Positions 29,038 through 41,359 of a DNA stretch of 64,000 nucleotides are shown piece after piece (the first letter of the stretch is position 1; each line of letters begins with the position of its first letter). Position numbers and translations under genes: made by a program. The notes beneath the pieces are model-generated. The model made no database searches. It saw nothing but the letters and a program-made list of their open reading frames with translations, and had not been told where the DNA came from. Source of the stretch: Reyranella sp. (GTDB lineage: Bacteria; Pseudomonadota; Alphaproteobacteria; Reyranellales; Reyranellaceae); NCBI RefSeq assembly GCF_030651995.1, contig NZ_JAUSBN010000087.1, forward strand, positions 1,825-65,824, in the 5' to 3' direction.

Positions 29038-29259
29038 CGGGTACTCCAGACCCCCTCGGGCCATGCGGGAAACGCCAGGTGAAACAGGCTACAAGAACAA
29101 TCTGGACCGCACTTCCGGGACGGGAGCGGCGGGCTGTCCCACCCATGGCAGGACCGCCCGCGCACCCTTCCCGAACCGATCCTGCGGACCGATTCCGGGG
29201 CCGATACCGGAACCGCCCGCCGATCCCCCCCGTTCGAGGGACCTGCGGGCGGCTTCGCG

Positions 29260-30600
29260 TTAGTTGCGGCTGAAGCCCTCGAGTTCCTTGGCCGCCCAGT
29301 CGAGCGTCTTGTCCATGGCCTCGCCCTTGGCGTAGCGCACGACCATCTGGGTCTGGATCGCCTGGGTGTAGATCTGCTCCGCGATCTTGTGCGGCGCGGG
29401 CGCCGCGGCGATCGAGAGCGTCTGGTGGTTGTGCGGGTTCGGGTAGTGGTAGAGCGTGCCCTTGGGCGGCGACTCTTCCGCCCACACCTTGAAGGTGGTG
29501 AGCTTCTCGAACGATGGTATGTCGTACCCCTGCGACGCGTTGGTCATCTTCTCGGCGGAGCTGGCCTGCGAGAGATGGGTGATCAGGCTCTTGGCCGCAG
29601 ACTGGTTCTTGCTGAAGTTCCAGACGCCCCAGAAGAACGGCAGGAACGGCGCGTAGCGGCCCTTCGGCCCGACCGGGAAGCCGTGCGTCCAGAGCTGCTC
29701 GGCGATCTGCGGCGCATCGCGCTTGGCGACCGCCCAGGCGCTGGGCGGGTTCATGATCAGCGTGCCCTGGCCCGACACCAGGAACTTGTTGTTCGAGGCG
29801 TCGTCCCACGACGGCACGTCAGGCGGCAGGAACTGCATCAGCTTCTTGTAGTAGTCGAGCACCTGGCGGACCTGGTCGTTCTTCACGACGATGTCGCCCT
29901 TGGCGTTCACGAGCTGGGCGCCGAAGGCGTGGAACAGCGCGCCGGCGCTGTCGACGCTGTCCGACGTCTGGCCGAGGCCGATGCCGAACGGGTTGCCACC
30001 CTTCTGGCAGGCTTCCGCCGCCTTGACGAAGTTGTCGAGGTTCCAGGCATCCGCCTTGGGTGCCTGTCCAGCCGGGTACATCGCCTGGATGTCGATTCCT
30101 GCATGCTTCTTCAGGAGATCGATGCGCGAGCAGGGACCCTTGATCTGGCTGCCCGCCGTGGCCGGCACGGCGAGCCACTTGCCGTTCAGCTTGCCGAGGT
30201 ATTCGACGGTATCGTTGACCTTGCCGTTCTCCTTGATGAGCGGCTCCATGACGTCGTTCATCGGAACGAGCTGGTCGGCGTAGCGCGCGGGGAGCCAGGT
30301 CGAGAAGGCGAGCACGTCGTGACCCGACTTGGCCTGCGATTCGGCGGCGGTGGTGAGCAGCAGCTTGTTGCCCTGCGAGGTGATGAAGTCCATCGAGACT
30401 TCGACCTTGTTCTTCTCGGCCCACTCCTTCACGAGAGCCTCGGTCGCCTTGTTGGCGCCCGGTACCCAGTGATCCCAGAAACCGACCGAAAGCTTGCCGG
30501 CGGCGTTCGCGCTACGAACGAACGGCGCCGCCACGAGCGCCGCGGAAGCCGCAGCGGTGCCGGCGACGAATCGACGACGATTGACCTTCATCGAGACCAT
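29260..30600 (-). CDS. Carbohydrate ABC transporter substrate-binding protein with Tat signal
   Basis: GAGGAGG precedes ATG 30600. NRRRFVAG twin-arginine motif and family-1 SBP pattern (W.DASNNK, NPPSAW). Confidence 0.9.
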   Translation of the reverse strand: MVSMKVNRRRFVAGTAAASAALVAAPFVRSANAAGKLSVGFWDHWVPGANKATEALVKEWAEKNKVEVSMDFITSQGNKLLLTTAAESQAKSGHDVLAFSTWLPARYADQLVPMNDVMEPLIKENGKVNDTVEYLGKLNGKWLAVPATAGSQIKGPCSRIDLLKKHAGIDIQAMYPAGQAPKADAWNLDNFVKAAEACQKGGNPFGIGLGQTSDSVDSAGALFHAFGAQLVNAKGDIVVKNDQVRQVLDYYKKLMQFLPPDVPSWDDASNNKFLVSGQGTLIMNPPSAWAVAKRDAPQIAEQLWTHGFPVGPKGRYAPFLPFFWGVWNFSKNQSAAKSLITHLSQASSAEKMTNASQGYDIPSFEKLTTFKVWAEESPPKGTLYHYPNPHNHQTLSIAAAPAPHKIAEQIYTQAIQTQMVVRYAKGEAMDKTLDWAAKELEGFSRN

Positions 30601-30906
30601 GTTTCCTCCTCAGAGCCGATTTCGACCGGCAGATTTATCCCAGCCCACGCTGACGCTTGGGGCGCTGGCTCTCAGACGGAGCCTTGACGCGATGCTATGC
30701 ACAAGATGGCGGGCAAGCAATGCATTTTGACATGGGGTCCCGATTCGAGCGGAATTTGACAGGCTGCAGCGAGACTTGGATGCTCCGCCGCCCGGAGCGG
30801 TAAAGGGACCTGCAATTCATGCGAGAATGTTCTTTTGATTGCGTCCTGATCGAGCTCCATCGCCGGACCTCCCGGTACCAGAATTGAAAGAAGCGTCCGC
30901 CTCCTC

Positions 30907-32085
30907 ATGAATACCGTTCCGACCGCCAATCCCTGGCTCGCCGCCGTTGCCCCCTCGCCCATCGGCGAGACCAAGCGCTGGGTGCTGGGACGCAGCTTCC
31001 CAGCCGACCGGCCGCTGATCGACCTCAGCCAGGCCGTGCCGGGCTATCCGCCGGCCCTCGAGCTGCGCCAGCATCTGGGCGAGCTGCTGCTCGATCCCAC
31101 GATGCACGGCTACACACCGATCCTCGGCCTGCCGGTTCTGCGCGAGACCTATGCGGGCCATCTCTCCGATTTCTATGGCGCAACGATCGCGCCCTCCGAA
31201 GTCGGCATCACGTCAGGATGCAACCAGGCCTTCTGCCTCGCCCTGATGAGCATCGCCAAGGCGGGCGACCAGGTGATCCTGCCGCGGCCCCACTACTTCA
31301 ATCACGACATGTGGATGCGCATGCAGGGCGTCGAGCCGGTGTCGCTCGACTTCCGGCCGGGCTCCGGCGCGGTGCCCAACGCCGAGGATGCAGAGAAGCT
31401 GATCGGTCCGCGGACACGCGCGATCGTCCTGATCTCGCCCAACAATCCAACGGGTGCCGTCTATCCGCCGGAAACCATCCAAGCCTTCTACGAGCTCGCG
31501 AAGAAGCACGGGATCGCCCTGCTGCTCGACGAGACCTACAAGGATTTCCTGCCCGAAGGCGAGCGTCCGCACGATCTCTTCAGCCGACCCGACTGGCGCG
31601 GCACGCTGGTGCACCTCTACAGCTTCTCGAAGGTGTTCGCTCTGACCGGCTACCGGGTCGGCGCCGTCACCGCGGGCGCCGCGCTGATGGCCGAGATCGA
31701 GAAGGCAATGGACTGCGTCTCCATCTGTCCGCCGCGGCTCGGGCAGGAGGCCGCGCTCTACGGTCTGCGCAAGCTGCTGCCCTGGGCGCGGAACAATACC
31801 GCCGGCCTCAAGGCGCGGGCCGACCTGCTGGGCCAGGGACTAGAACGCTCCAACCGCTGGCGCCTCGTCAGCATCGGCGCCTATTTCGCCTATGTGGAGC
31901 ATCCTTTCGCCGGCACACCCTCCACCGAGGTCTCGAAGCGCATAGCCGACGAGGAGAACCTGCTCACCATCCCCGGCGACATGTTCGGCGCGGGTCAGGA
32001 ACGCTTCATCCGACTGGCCTTCGCCAACGTGACCGACGACAAGATCCCGACGGTGCTGGAGCGGCTGGAACGGTTCGGGGTTTAG
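30907..32085 (+). CDS. PLP-dependent aminotransferase class I/II
   Basis: IDLSQAVP, ISPNNPTG, DETY and SFSK (PLP lysine). Confidence 0.93.
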   Translation: MNTVPTANPWLAAVAPSPIGETKRWVLGRSFPADRPLIDLSQAVPGYPPALELRQHLGELLLDPTMHGYTPILGLPVLRETYAGHLSDFYGATIAPSEVGITSGCNQAFCLALMSIAKAGDQVILPRPHYFNHDMWMRMQGVEPVSLDFRPGSGAVPNAEDAEKLIGPRTRAIVLISPNNPTGAVYPPETIQAFYELAKKHGIALLLDETYKDFLPEGERPHDLFSRPDWRGTLVHLYSFSKVFALTGYRVGAVTAGAALMAEIEKAMDCVSICPPRLGQEAALYGLRKLLPWARNNTAGLKARADLLGQGLERSNRWRLVSIGAYFAYVEHPFAGTPSTEVSKRIADEENLLTIPGDMFGAGQERFIRLAFANVTDDKIPTVLERLERFGV

Positions 32086-32139
32086 CCAGGGCGCTGCGCG
32101 TCCTGGCTTCCGCGGGACCTTGTCCAACGTCTTGCCCCT

Positions 32140-33006
32140 CTACCGCAGCCCGACAAGCCCCGCTCTGCCACCAGCTGGCCCGACGTCGACAACGGGCACG
32201 CCCGACACGTGCCTCAGCTTGAAGTCGGACAGTGCTGTCGCTTCAAGTGGCTTGCGGCCAAGCTCGCGGGCGCCACCCTTGAAAGACAGGAAGCGCAGGT
32301 ACTTCCGGTCTTTCGTCGGCACCGCCAGATCGGCGACACCGTCGCCATCGAAGTCCGCGACCGCTGAAAGTCCGAGCTGCGGCGATCCGATCACATGATT
32401 GGATGTGTCCGGCATGCTCGCGATCTCGGCCAGCCGACCCGAGCGCAGAGTCCAGATCCGCAGCAAACCGAGCACATGTGGCATCTGCACGTACGCTATG
32501 TCCGCCATTCCATCGCCATCGAAATCGGCGATTCCCGCCGGGTTCAACCACGTATTGGGCGAGCCCGTCGGTGGCGTCTCGGCGACAATCGACAGTGCTT
32601 CGCCTCGAACGGCGATGACCGCAAGAGCGGCGCCGCGACTGAGGTAGGAGCGAACGAGCACAATTTCATCGATCCCGTCGCCATCGAGATCGGCAAGGCG
32701 GGGCTGCCGATCCTCGAACACCGAATCGTCTGGCAGCGTCAGTCGCAGAAGTTTGCCGTCGCGCAGACGCACCATCAGGCTGGCCGCTTCATACGGGGAG
32801 CCGAGCACGAAGTGCCGATACCGCGTGGTCGCGTCTGCCAGCCACGCCTCGGCAATCGTACCAGCGCCGCGAGCAACACGCAGATCCGCTATGGCGCCGG
32901 GATAGTCCGCGGCACGACCTTCTGGCGCGGGCGCAAGCGCGGCGACGACGATGGCCATGGCGATGGCCCGCCGGCCGACTGAATGCAGCCATCTCGAGCA
33001 CATCAT
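32140..33006 (-). CDS. Secreted FG-GAP/VCBS repeat protein
   Basis: Three DLDGDG/DFDGDG repeats, FED..PRLAD and WLNPAGIAD, with a signal-like N-terminus. Start uncertain (33006, 33003 or 32958). Confidence 0.8.
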   Translation of the reverse strand: MMCSRWLHSVGRRAIAMAIVVAALAPAPEGRAADYPGAIADLRVARGAGTIAEAWLADATTRYRHFVLGSPYEAASLMVRLRDGKLLRLTLPDDSVFEDRQPRLADLDGDGIDEIVLVRSYLSRGAALAVIAVRGEALSIVAETPPTGSPNTWLNPAGIADFDGDGMADIAYVQMPHVLGLLRIWTLRSGRLAEIASMPDTSNHVIGSPQLGLSAVADFDGDGVADLAVPTKDRKYLRFLSFKGGARELGRKPLEATALSDFKLRHVSGVPVVDVGPAGGRAGLVGLR

Positions 33007-33117
33007 CGACTTTCCAAAGCGTCGGTCAGGTTGGCACCTGACGGGGACAATGCTTTTCCATGACTGCGATGCTAGCCTATCCGGCGCCGCCATCAATGAT
33101 GCAAAGAGGAACGCGCC

Positions 33118-33990
33118 ATGCCCCACGCCACCACGTCCGACGGGGTGAAGCTCCATTACGAGGAAGCGGGCAGCGGCACGCCGATCCTGTTCGTCCATGA
33201 ATATTGCGGCGACTGGCGCGCTTGGGAGCCGCAGATGCGTTTCTTCGCGCGGCGCCATCGCTGCATCACCTACTCCTTCCGCGGCTACCCGGGCTCCGAC
33301 GTCCCCGCGTCCGGCGACCTGTACGGCCAGCAGTTCGCCGTCGACGACGCCCGGCACATGCTCGACCACCTCGGGATCGCGAAGGCGCATATCGTCGGCC
33401 TGTCGCAAGGCGCCTTCGCGACGGCGCATTTCGGACGCTGTTATACCGATCGCGCCCTCTCCCTCACCCTGGCAGGCGTCGGTTCCGGCGCCGGTCGCGA
33501 GGGACACGAGCAGTTCAAGAAGGACGCCGTCACGACGGCCGGCCTCATCCGCAAGCACGGCATGGCGAGGTACGCGGAGAGCCTGACGACCAACCCCACC
33601 CGCTCGCGCTTCAAGACCAAGGATCCGCGCGGCTTCGCCGAATTCACGAGGCACCTTTCCGAGCATCCCGACGTCGGCGCCGCCAACACCATGGAGAACT
33701 ACCAGGGCAAGCGGCCGTCGCTCTACGACTTCGAGGAAGAGTGGAAGAAGCTCGACCTGCCGACGCTGATCATCTGCGGCGATGAGGACGATCCCTGCCT
33801 GCAGCCCAGCCTCTACCTGAAGCGCGTGCTGCCCAATGCCGGGTTGGCGATGTTCGCCAAGACGGGACATACGGTGAACCTCGAGGAGCCCGATGCCTTC
33901 AACCGCGAGCTCCTGAACTTCATCATCCTGTCGGAAGCCGGCAAGTGGACGAGCCGACTGCCGGTCGCCGAGGGCGCCGGCCTTATCTGA
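33118..33990 (+). CDS. Alpha/beta fold hydrolase
   Basis: LFVHEY.GD, GLSQG nucleophile elbow, G.EDD and GH.VNLEEP. Confidence 0.9.
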   Translation: MPHATTSDGVKLHYEEAGSGTPILFVHEYCGDWRAWEPQMRFFARRHRCITYSFRGYPGSDVPASGDLYGQQFAVDDARHMLDHLGIAKAHIVGLSQGAFATAHFGRCYTDRALSLTLAGVGSGAGREGHEQFKKDAVTTAGLIRKHGMARYAESLTTNPTRSRFKTKDPRGFAEFTRHLSEHPDVGAANTMENYQGKRPSLYDFEEEWKKLDLPTLIICGDEDDPCLQPSLYLKRVLPNAGLAMFAKTGHTVNLEEPDAFNRELLNFIILSEAGKWTSRLPVAEGAGLI

Positions 33991-34774
33991 CCGTCACGGC
34001 GTGATTGAGCGGGCCATGACCGCGTCCGTAGCCGGGCGCGGTCTCGATGGCCTTGCGGACATAGTCGCGCGCCCGAGCCACCGCGTCGCGCAACGTCATC
34101 TTCTGGGCGAGCCCCGCCGCAATGGCCGACGCGAGCGTGCAGCCGGTGCCGTGGGTGCTGCGGCTCACGATACGGGCATCCTCGAAACGGTCGAACCTCC
34201 CGTCCTGGAACAGCAGGTCGACGACGCGGTCGCCCTCGAGATGGCCGCCCTTCATCAGCACCGCGCCGGCGCCCAGCGCCGCCAGCCGCTCGGCAGCGCG
34301 CTTCATGTCGGCCTCGATCCTCACCGGAAATCCCACCAGAACTTCCGCCTCCGGAAGGTTGGGCGTGATGAGCGCCGCCATCGGCAGCAGCCTGTCGCGC
34401 AGCGCCGCCTCCGCCTCCGTCAGCAACAGACGGTGCCCGCCTTTGGCGACCATCACCGGATCGACCACCAGCGGCACGCCCGCCGCATGCTTCTCGATTC
34501 CGGCGGCCACGACCTCTATCACGGCGGCGCTGTGCAGCATGCCGGTCTTCACGGCGTCGGCGCCGATGTCGCTCAGCACGACTTCGATCTGCTGGGCGAT
34601 GAAGGCCGGTTCGACGCCGACCACCCCATGCACCCCCTCGGTGTTCTGGGCGGTCAGCGCCGTGATGGCGGTGGCGGCAAATCCGTTCATCGCCGTGACC
34701 GCCTTGATGTCGGCCTGGATGCCCGCGCCGCCCCCCGAATCCGAGCCCGCGATGATCAGCACGCGGCCCTTCAT
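33983..34774 (-). CDS. thiD: Hydroxymethylpyrimidine/phosphomethylpyrimidine kinase
   Basis: [35 protein letters not shown] and [11 protein letters not shown]. Confidence 0.97.
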   Translation of the reverse strand: MKGRVLIIAGSDSGGGAGIQADIKAVTAMNGFAATAITALTAQNTEGVHGVVGVEPAFIAQQIEVVLSDIGADAVKTGMLHSAAVIEVVAAGIEKHAAGVPLVVDPVMVAKGGHRLLLTEAEAALRDRLLPMAALITPNLPEAEVLVGFPVRIEADMKRAAERLAALGAGAVLMKGGHLEGDRVVDLLFQDGRFDRFEDARIVSRSTHGTGCTLASAIAAGLAQKMTLRDAVARARDYVRKAIETAPGYGRGHGPLNHAVTVR

Positions 34775-36120
34775 GCCGCCTGCCGGGGAATCGCCTCGAT
34801 GATCTGATCGACGACGCTGTGCACGAGGTCGCAGTTGTCGCCCTCGGCCATGACACGGATCAGCGGTTCGGTGCCCGACTTTCGCACGAGAATGCGCCCG
34901 CTCTTGCCGAGCCTGGCCTCGGCGGAGGCGATCGCCTTGACCAGGGACGCGGCGTGCAGGGCCTGATTGGCGTCGGCAACGCGCACGTTCTTCAGCAGCT
35001 GCGGCACGGGCTCGAAAGCGCGGAAAAGCTCGCTCGCCGGCCGGCCGGTGCGAATCAGGACAGACAGCGCCTGCAGCGCCGCCATCAGGCCGTCGCCGGT
35101 GGTGGCGTGGTCGGTCATGATGATGTGACCGGACTGCTCGCCGCCCAGATTGTAACCGTCGGCCCGCATGCGCTCGAGAACGTAGCGGTCGCCGACCTGC
35201 GTGCGGACCAGCTTCAACCGCCGCGCGTCGAGATAGCGCTCCAGGCCGAGATTGGACATGACAGTCGCCACCACGCCGCCGCCCGACAGCAGGCCGCTCT
35301 GCGTCCACTGGTCGGCGATGGTCGCCATGAGCTGGTCGCCGTCGATGACCGCGCCCGTCTCGTCGACGATGATGACGCGGTCGGCGTCGCCGTCCAGTCC
35401 GATGCCGATATGGGCATGGTGCGCGACGACCTGCTCCTGCAGCACGCCGGGATGCGTCGAGCCGCAATTGCCGTTGATGTTGAAGCCGTCCGGAGCGACG
35501 CCGACGCGAATGACCTCGGCGCCGAGTTCGGTCAGCACCGTCGGCGCCACCTTGTAGGCAGCCCCATTGGCGCAATCGATGACGACCTTGAGATCGCTGA
35601 GATCCAGCCCGCGCGGCGCCGATGCCTTGACCGCCTCGATATACCGGCCCTGCCCGTCATCCAGCCGCTGCGCGCGGCCGATCGCGGCGGCATCGGCGAG
35701 AACGAGATCCGACGGCGCCATCACCAGCGCCTGGATCTCGGTCTCGACCGTATCGGAGAGTTTGAAGCCGTCCGGACCGAACAGCTTGATCCCGTTGTCC
35801 TCGTAGGGATTGTGCGAGGCGGAGATCATCACCCCGACATCGGCGCGCATCGACCGGGTGAGGAAGCCGACCGCGGGCGTCGGAATCGGCCCCAGCAGGA
35901 ACACGTCGACGCCCACCGAGAGAAAGCCGGCGGTCAGCGCCTGCTCCAGCATGTAGCCCGACAGGCGCGTATCCTTGCCGATGACGGCGCGGTTGCGATG
36001 GGCCCCGCGGTGAAACACCTGTCCCGCGGCCATGCCGATCCGCATCGCGATTTCGGCGGTCATCGGGGCGCTGTTCGCACGCCCGCGAACGCCATCTGTA
36101 CCAAAAAGTGAACGAGCCAT
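34771..36120 (-). CDS. glmM: Phosphoglucosamine mutase
   Basis: [28 protein letters not shown] and [12 protein letters not shown]. Confidence 0.98.
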   Translation of the reverse strand: MARSLFGTDGVRGRANSAPMTAEIAMRIGMAAGQVFHRGAHRNRAVIGKDTRLSGYMLEQALTAGFLSVGVDVFLLGPIPTPAVGFLTRSMRADVGVMISASHNPYEDNGIKLFGPDGFKLSDTVETEIQALVMAPSDLVLADAAAIGRAQRLDDGQGRYIEAVKASAPRGLDLSDLKVVIDCANGAAYKVAPTVLTELGAEVIRVGVAPDGFNINGNCGSTHPGVLQEQVVAHHAHIGIGLDGDADRVIIVDETGAVIDGDQLMATIADQWTQSGLLSGGGVVATVMSNLGLERYLDARRLKLVRTQVGDRYVLERMRADGYNLGGEQSGHIIMTDHATTGDGLMAALQALSVLIRTGRPASELFRAFEPVPQLLKNVRVADANQALHAASLVKAIASAEARLGKSGRILVRKSGTEPLIRVMAEGDNCDLVHSVVDQIIEAIPRQAA

Positions 36121-36129
36121 GACCGTGAT

Positions 36130-36944
36130 TTACCGCATCGCCTCGAAGACCGCGAGAGCCTGCCGCGTGGCGACGACGTTGTGGACGCGTACGATCGAGG
36201 CCCCGCGCCGCACGGCCTCCACCGCCAGCCAGACCGATGCCGGATCGCGATCGGCGGGCCTTTCGACGCCCGTCAGCCGGCCGATGAAGCTCTTGCGCGA
36301 GCAGCCGATCAAAACCGGGTAGCCCGCCTCCGCCAGACGCGATGTCCCCGCGATCAGCGCCAGTTCCTCCTCGACCTTCTTGCCGAAACCGAGACCGGGA
36401 TCGAGGGCGATGCTGTGTCGTTCGACGCCGGCCGCCTGGCTGGCAGCGGCGCGATCGAGCAGGAACCGCCGGACATCCTCGACGACGTCCGCATAGGCCG
36501 GACCGGCATAGCGCTCCTCCGGCCTGCCCCGCCGGTGCATCAGGACGACCGCCGCCTTGCGCCGAGCCACCAGGGGCAGCATGGCCGGGTCGTCGCGCAG
36601 CGCCGACACGTCGTTCACGATGCGCGCGCCCGCCGCCAGTCCCGCCCCGGCGACCAGGGCGCGACGTGTGTCGAGGGAGACGACGGCGCCATGCCGAACC
36701 AGGCCTTCCACGACGGGGAGAACCCGCCGGCATTCCTCCTCGGGGGAGACGGCCGCCGACCCGGGGCGCGTAGACTCACCGCCGACATCCAGGATGTCGG
36801 CCCCTTCCGCCACGAAGCGCAGGCCATCGTCGATGGCCCGCGCCGGGTCGAGGCGTTCACCGCCGTCGGAAAAGGAGTCGGGCGTCACGTTCACGATCGC
36901 CATCACGAGAGGGCGATCGAGCGCGAGGCCCGCGAAGCTTCGCG

Positions 36945-36948
<4 letters not shown>
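36130..36948 (-). CDS. folP: Dihydropteroate synthase
   Basis: [34 protein letters not shown] and VRVHNV. TTG start overlaps the ftsH stop. Confidence 0.96.
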
Positions 36949-38882
<1,934 letters not shown>

Positions 38883-38904
38883 TGAGGGCTTCCGTTAAAG
38901 AGGG

Positions 38905-39984
38905 CTACGACCAAACATGGGTTGCGGCCGCGGGGTCGCAAGCGAAAAATGCAGCGGGAATCAACGGCTGCCTCCCTTTCCTGCCATTTTCAGGTCGGAC
39001 AATCCACTCAAGCTGCCGCGAGCCGACAGCCTGACGCAGGGCGAACTGGCATCCCGACAGGGTGAAATCCTCTCCCCGGCCGGATTTCCCGCGGTTCGGC
39101 ACTGCGGACATCCGGACCAAGGCCCGGTCGAGCCGATCCCGCCGGGGCGGATGGTGGCCGCCTCCCAGAGCCTGCACGACACGGCTCACCAGCCGGGTGC
39201 GAGTATCGGGCGGCAGCCGCCCGAGGGACACACGGTCGATCGCCACACTGCCGTCCTCCCGCGACTGGAGAAGCGCGGCCCCCGCCCGGGCGGCCCGCAC
39301 CTCCCGGTCGGCGCGCACACGGTCTGCATCGGGCTGCCCCGCTTCGATCGCGCCCGCGAGGCGCAGGCGAGCACGCTCGAAGCGCGGATCGATATTGGAA
39401 GGATCGTCGATCCAGGCGATACCGCGCAACACGAGCGTCGCCGACAGGCGTGCCCTCGGCACGGGGAGCAGCGGCCGCAGGAGGCGAACCTCCGGCCACT
39501 CGACCAGGGCCGCCATGCCGGCCAGCCCGTCCGGACCGCTGGCGCGCGCCGCGCGCATCGCAATCGTCTCGGCCTGGTCATCGGCATGGTGGGCCACCAG
39601 AAGGTGGAGAATGCCGCGCTCGCGGCAGACATCGCGCAGCAGCCGGTAACGGGCCACGCGCGCCGCTTCCTGGAGGCCGGCCTGCGGCTTGGGCCCTGCC
39701 CAGCGCAACACGAGGCTTTCGATACCGCGGCCTTGCAGCAGGTTCGCCGTCTCCGAGGCTTCCCGCGCCGCCTCCGGTCGAAGGCCGTGATCGACGATCA
39801 GCGCCAGAACCCGGCCGCCGCGCCCGGTCGACCATTCGTGTGCCAGCAGGCTGAGGCTGAGAGAGTCGCGGCCGCCGGATACGGCGACAGCCAGCTCGGG
39901 ACGTGCCTCGAAAGGTCCCAACGGCGCCATCAGGCGCGCGAACGCCGCTCCGTCCACGGGACGCGGTTCGGCGGGATCGCTCAC
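38905..39984 (-). CDS. tilS: tRNA(Ile)-lysidine synthetase
   Basis: AVSGGRDS, VDHGLR, HHADDQAET, RPLL and DPSN.D..FER. GTG start overlaps the cpoB stop. Confidence 0.93.
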   Translation of the reverse strand: MSDPAEPRPVDGAAFARLMAPLGPFEARPELAVAVSGGRDSLSLSLLAHEWSTGRGGRVLALIVDHGLRPEAAREASETANLLQGRGIESLVLRWAGPKPQAGLQEAARVARYRLLRDVCRERGILHLLVAHHADDQAETIAMRAARASGPDGLAGMAALVEWPEVRLLRPLLPVPRARLSATLVLRGIAWIDDPSNIDPRFERARLRLAGAIEAGQPDADRVRADREVRAARAGAALLQSREDGSVAIDRVSLGRLPPDTRTRLVSRVVQALGGGHHPPRRDRLDRALVRMSAVPNRGKSGRGEDFTLSGCQFALRQAVGSRQLEWIVRPENGRKGRQPLIPAAFFACDPAAATHVWS

Positions 39985-40688
39985 CCGCACCCGTTCTTCT
40001 GCCGCTCCTGTTCGATACGGCGCTTCTGCAGGTCGGTCGCCCGCGGATAGTCCTGGCTGAAGCGCGCGAACACCGCGCAGGCATCGGGCTTGCGGCCCAG
40101 CACGGACATCGTGATGCCGAGCTTCAGGAGATTGTCGGGCCCCTTCGGGCTCGTCTTGTAGACCTTGTAGCCCTCGGCAAAAGCCGTGAGGGCGCTGTTG
40201 TAGTCGCGACGCGCGTAATAGGTCTCGCCCAGCCAATATTGCGCGTTGCCGGCCAGCCTGTTCTGAGGGTTGCGCTGAATGAAGGTCTTGAAGCCCCGTT
40301 CTGCGGCGGCGTAGTCGCCTTCCTGCAGCTTTTTGATGGCCTCGTCGTAGAGCTGGTCGGCATTGGCCGCACCTGCCGCGGGCGTCGGCGCAGGTGCTGC
40401 AGCCTGCGCGGCCGGACGCGGCGCGGCGCCACCGGGGCGCCCCGCTCCGCCCTTCTCGAGCTGCTCGATGCGGTACTCGTAGTCCGCCTGCATCTTCTCC
40501 ATCTGCTGCTGCAGCTTCGCGTTGCGATTCTGCAGCTGCTCGATCTGGCCGGTCAGATTGGTGAGCGACTGCTGGAGCTGATTGAACCGGTCTTCGATGT
40601 AGACCGCGTCTCCCCCGCGCTGCGCCGCGGCCGCCGTGGGCAAGGCGAGGGCAACGAGGAGGGCGAGCCGGGACAGGAGGATCTTCAT
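39981..40688 (-). CDS. cpoB: Tol-Pal system protein CpoB/YbgF
   Basis: Signal peptide, coiled coil, and TPRs (LAGNAQYWLGETYY, KGPDNLLKLG). Confidence 0.93.
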   Translation of the reverse strand: MKILLSRLALLVALALPTAAAAQRGGDAVYIEDRFNQLQQSLTNLTGQIEQLQNRNAKLQQQMEKMQADYEYRIEQLEKGGAGRPGGAAPRPAAQAAAPAPTPAAGAANADQLYDEAIKKLQEGDYAAAERGFKTFIQRNPQNRLAGNAQYWLGETYYARRDYNSALTAFAEGYKVYKTSPKGPDNLLKLGITMSVLGRKPDACAVFARFSQDYPRATDLQKRRIEQERQKNGCG

Positions 40689-40746
40689 GGGCAACGCTTT
40701 GTTCACATCAAACGCGGCCATTTTCAGGCATGACCGTCCTGCCTCC

Positions 40747-40781
40747 AAATGAAAACGCCGGTCGCATGACGACCGGCGTTT
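40747..40781 (-). terminator. Intrinsic terminator downstream of pal
   Basis: 12-bp stem AAACGCCGGTCG (40753-40764) / CGACCGGCGTTT (40770-40781) with a 5-nt loop. U-rich tail on the minus strand. Confidence 0.75.
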
Positions 40782-40807
40782 CCTGCACTCGCCTCGTTTG
40801 AGGCGGT

Positions 40808-41269
40808 CTACTCCAGGGCCGTTACGGCGCGGCGGTTACGCGCCCAGGCCGCTTCGTCGGAGCCGACCGGATCGGGACGCTCCTTGCCGTAGCTGACGGT
40901 CTTGAGGCGCGACGCAGGAATGCCCTGAGCGATCAGGTACTGGCGCGCGGCGTTGGCGCGGCGTTCGCCCAGCGCCAGATTGTACTCGCGCGTGCCACGC
41001 TCGTCGCAGTGGCCTTCGATGGTGATCTGATAGTTGCCGTACTTCTTCAGCCACTCGGCCTGACGATTCAGGGTCTGGCGGCCGTCCTCGCGCACGTTGG
41101 AGGAATCGGTGTCGAAGAAGACGCGGTCGCCGACGTTCTGCCGGAAGTCACCGACCGATCCGGGCGTCACGGTTGTGGTTGCGGCAGAGGCCGTCTGCGT
41201 CTCGTTATTGCTGCAGGCTGCGATGAGGAACATCGCCGCAAGGGCCGACAAAGCCTTGATCATGCTCAT
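40808..41269 (-). CDS. pal: Peptidoglycan-associated lipoprotein
   Basis: Lipobox IAAC, VFFDTDS, EGHCDERGTREYNLALGERRA and SYGKERP. Confidence 0.97.
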   Translation of the reverse strand: MSMIKALSALAAMFLIAACSNNETQTASAATTTVTPGSVGDFRQNVGDRVFFDTDSSNVREDGRQTLNRQAEWLKKYGNYQITIEGHCDERGTREYNLALGERRANAARQYLIAQGIPASRLKTVSYGKERPDPVGSDEAAWARNRRAVTALE

Positions 41270-41331
41270 ATTTCGATCCACTCCCTGACGGAATCGACCC
41301 GGGCGAGGGGTACGCGCGGGTCGACAAATTG

Positions 41332-41359
41332 ATCATATATTTCGCTACTGCGGAATCAA
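41332..41359 (-). promoter_or_regulatory. Candidate sigma70 promoter for pal overlapping the 3' end of tolB
   Basis: Minus strand TTGATT-16 bp-TATGAT. Confidence 0.45.

Noticed and set aside
32085-32107. Hairpin GCCAGGGCGC-TGC-GCGTCCTGGC between convergent genes
   Set aside because: Plausible terminator, but there is no clear U-tract on either strand, so it is not called.
32140-33870. 576-aa version of the FG-GAP protein
   Set aside because: The extension is antisense to the alpha/beta hydrolase at 33118-33990. The real gene starts near 33006.
38905-39984. TilS looks short (359 aa), a possible truncation
   Set aside because: All catalytic motifs are present, no frameshift or remnant is visible, and the gene abuts ftsH. 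Short TilS forms exist.
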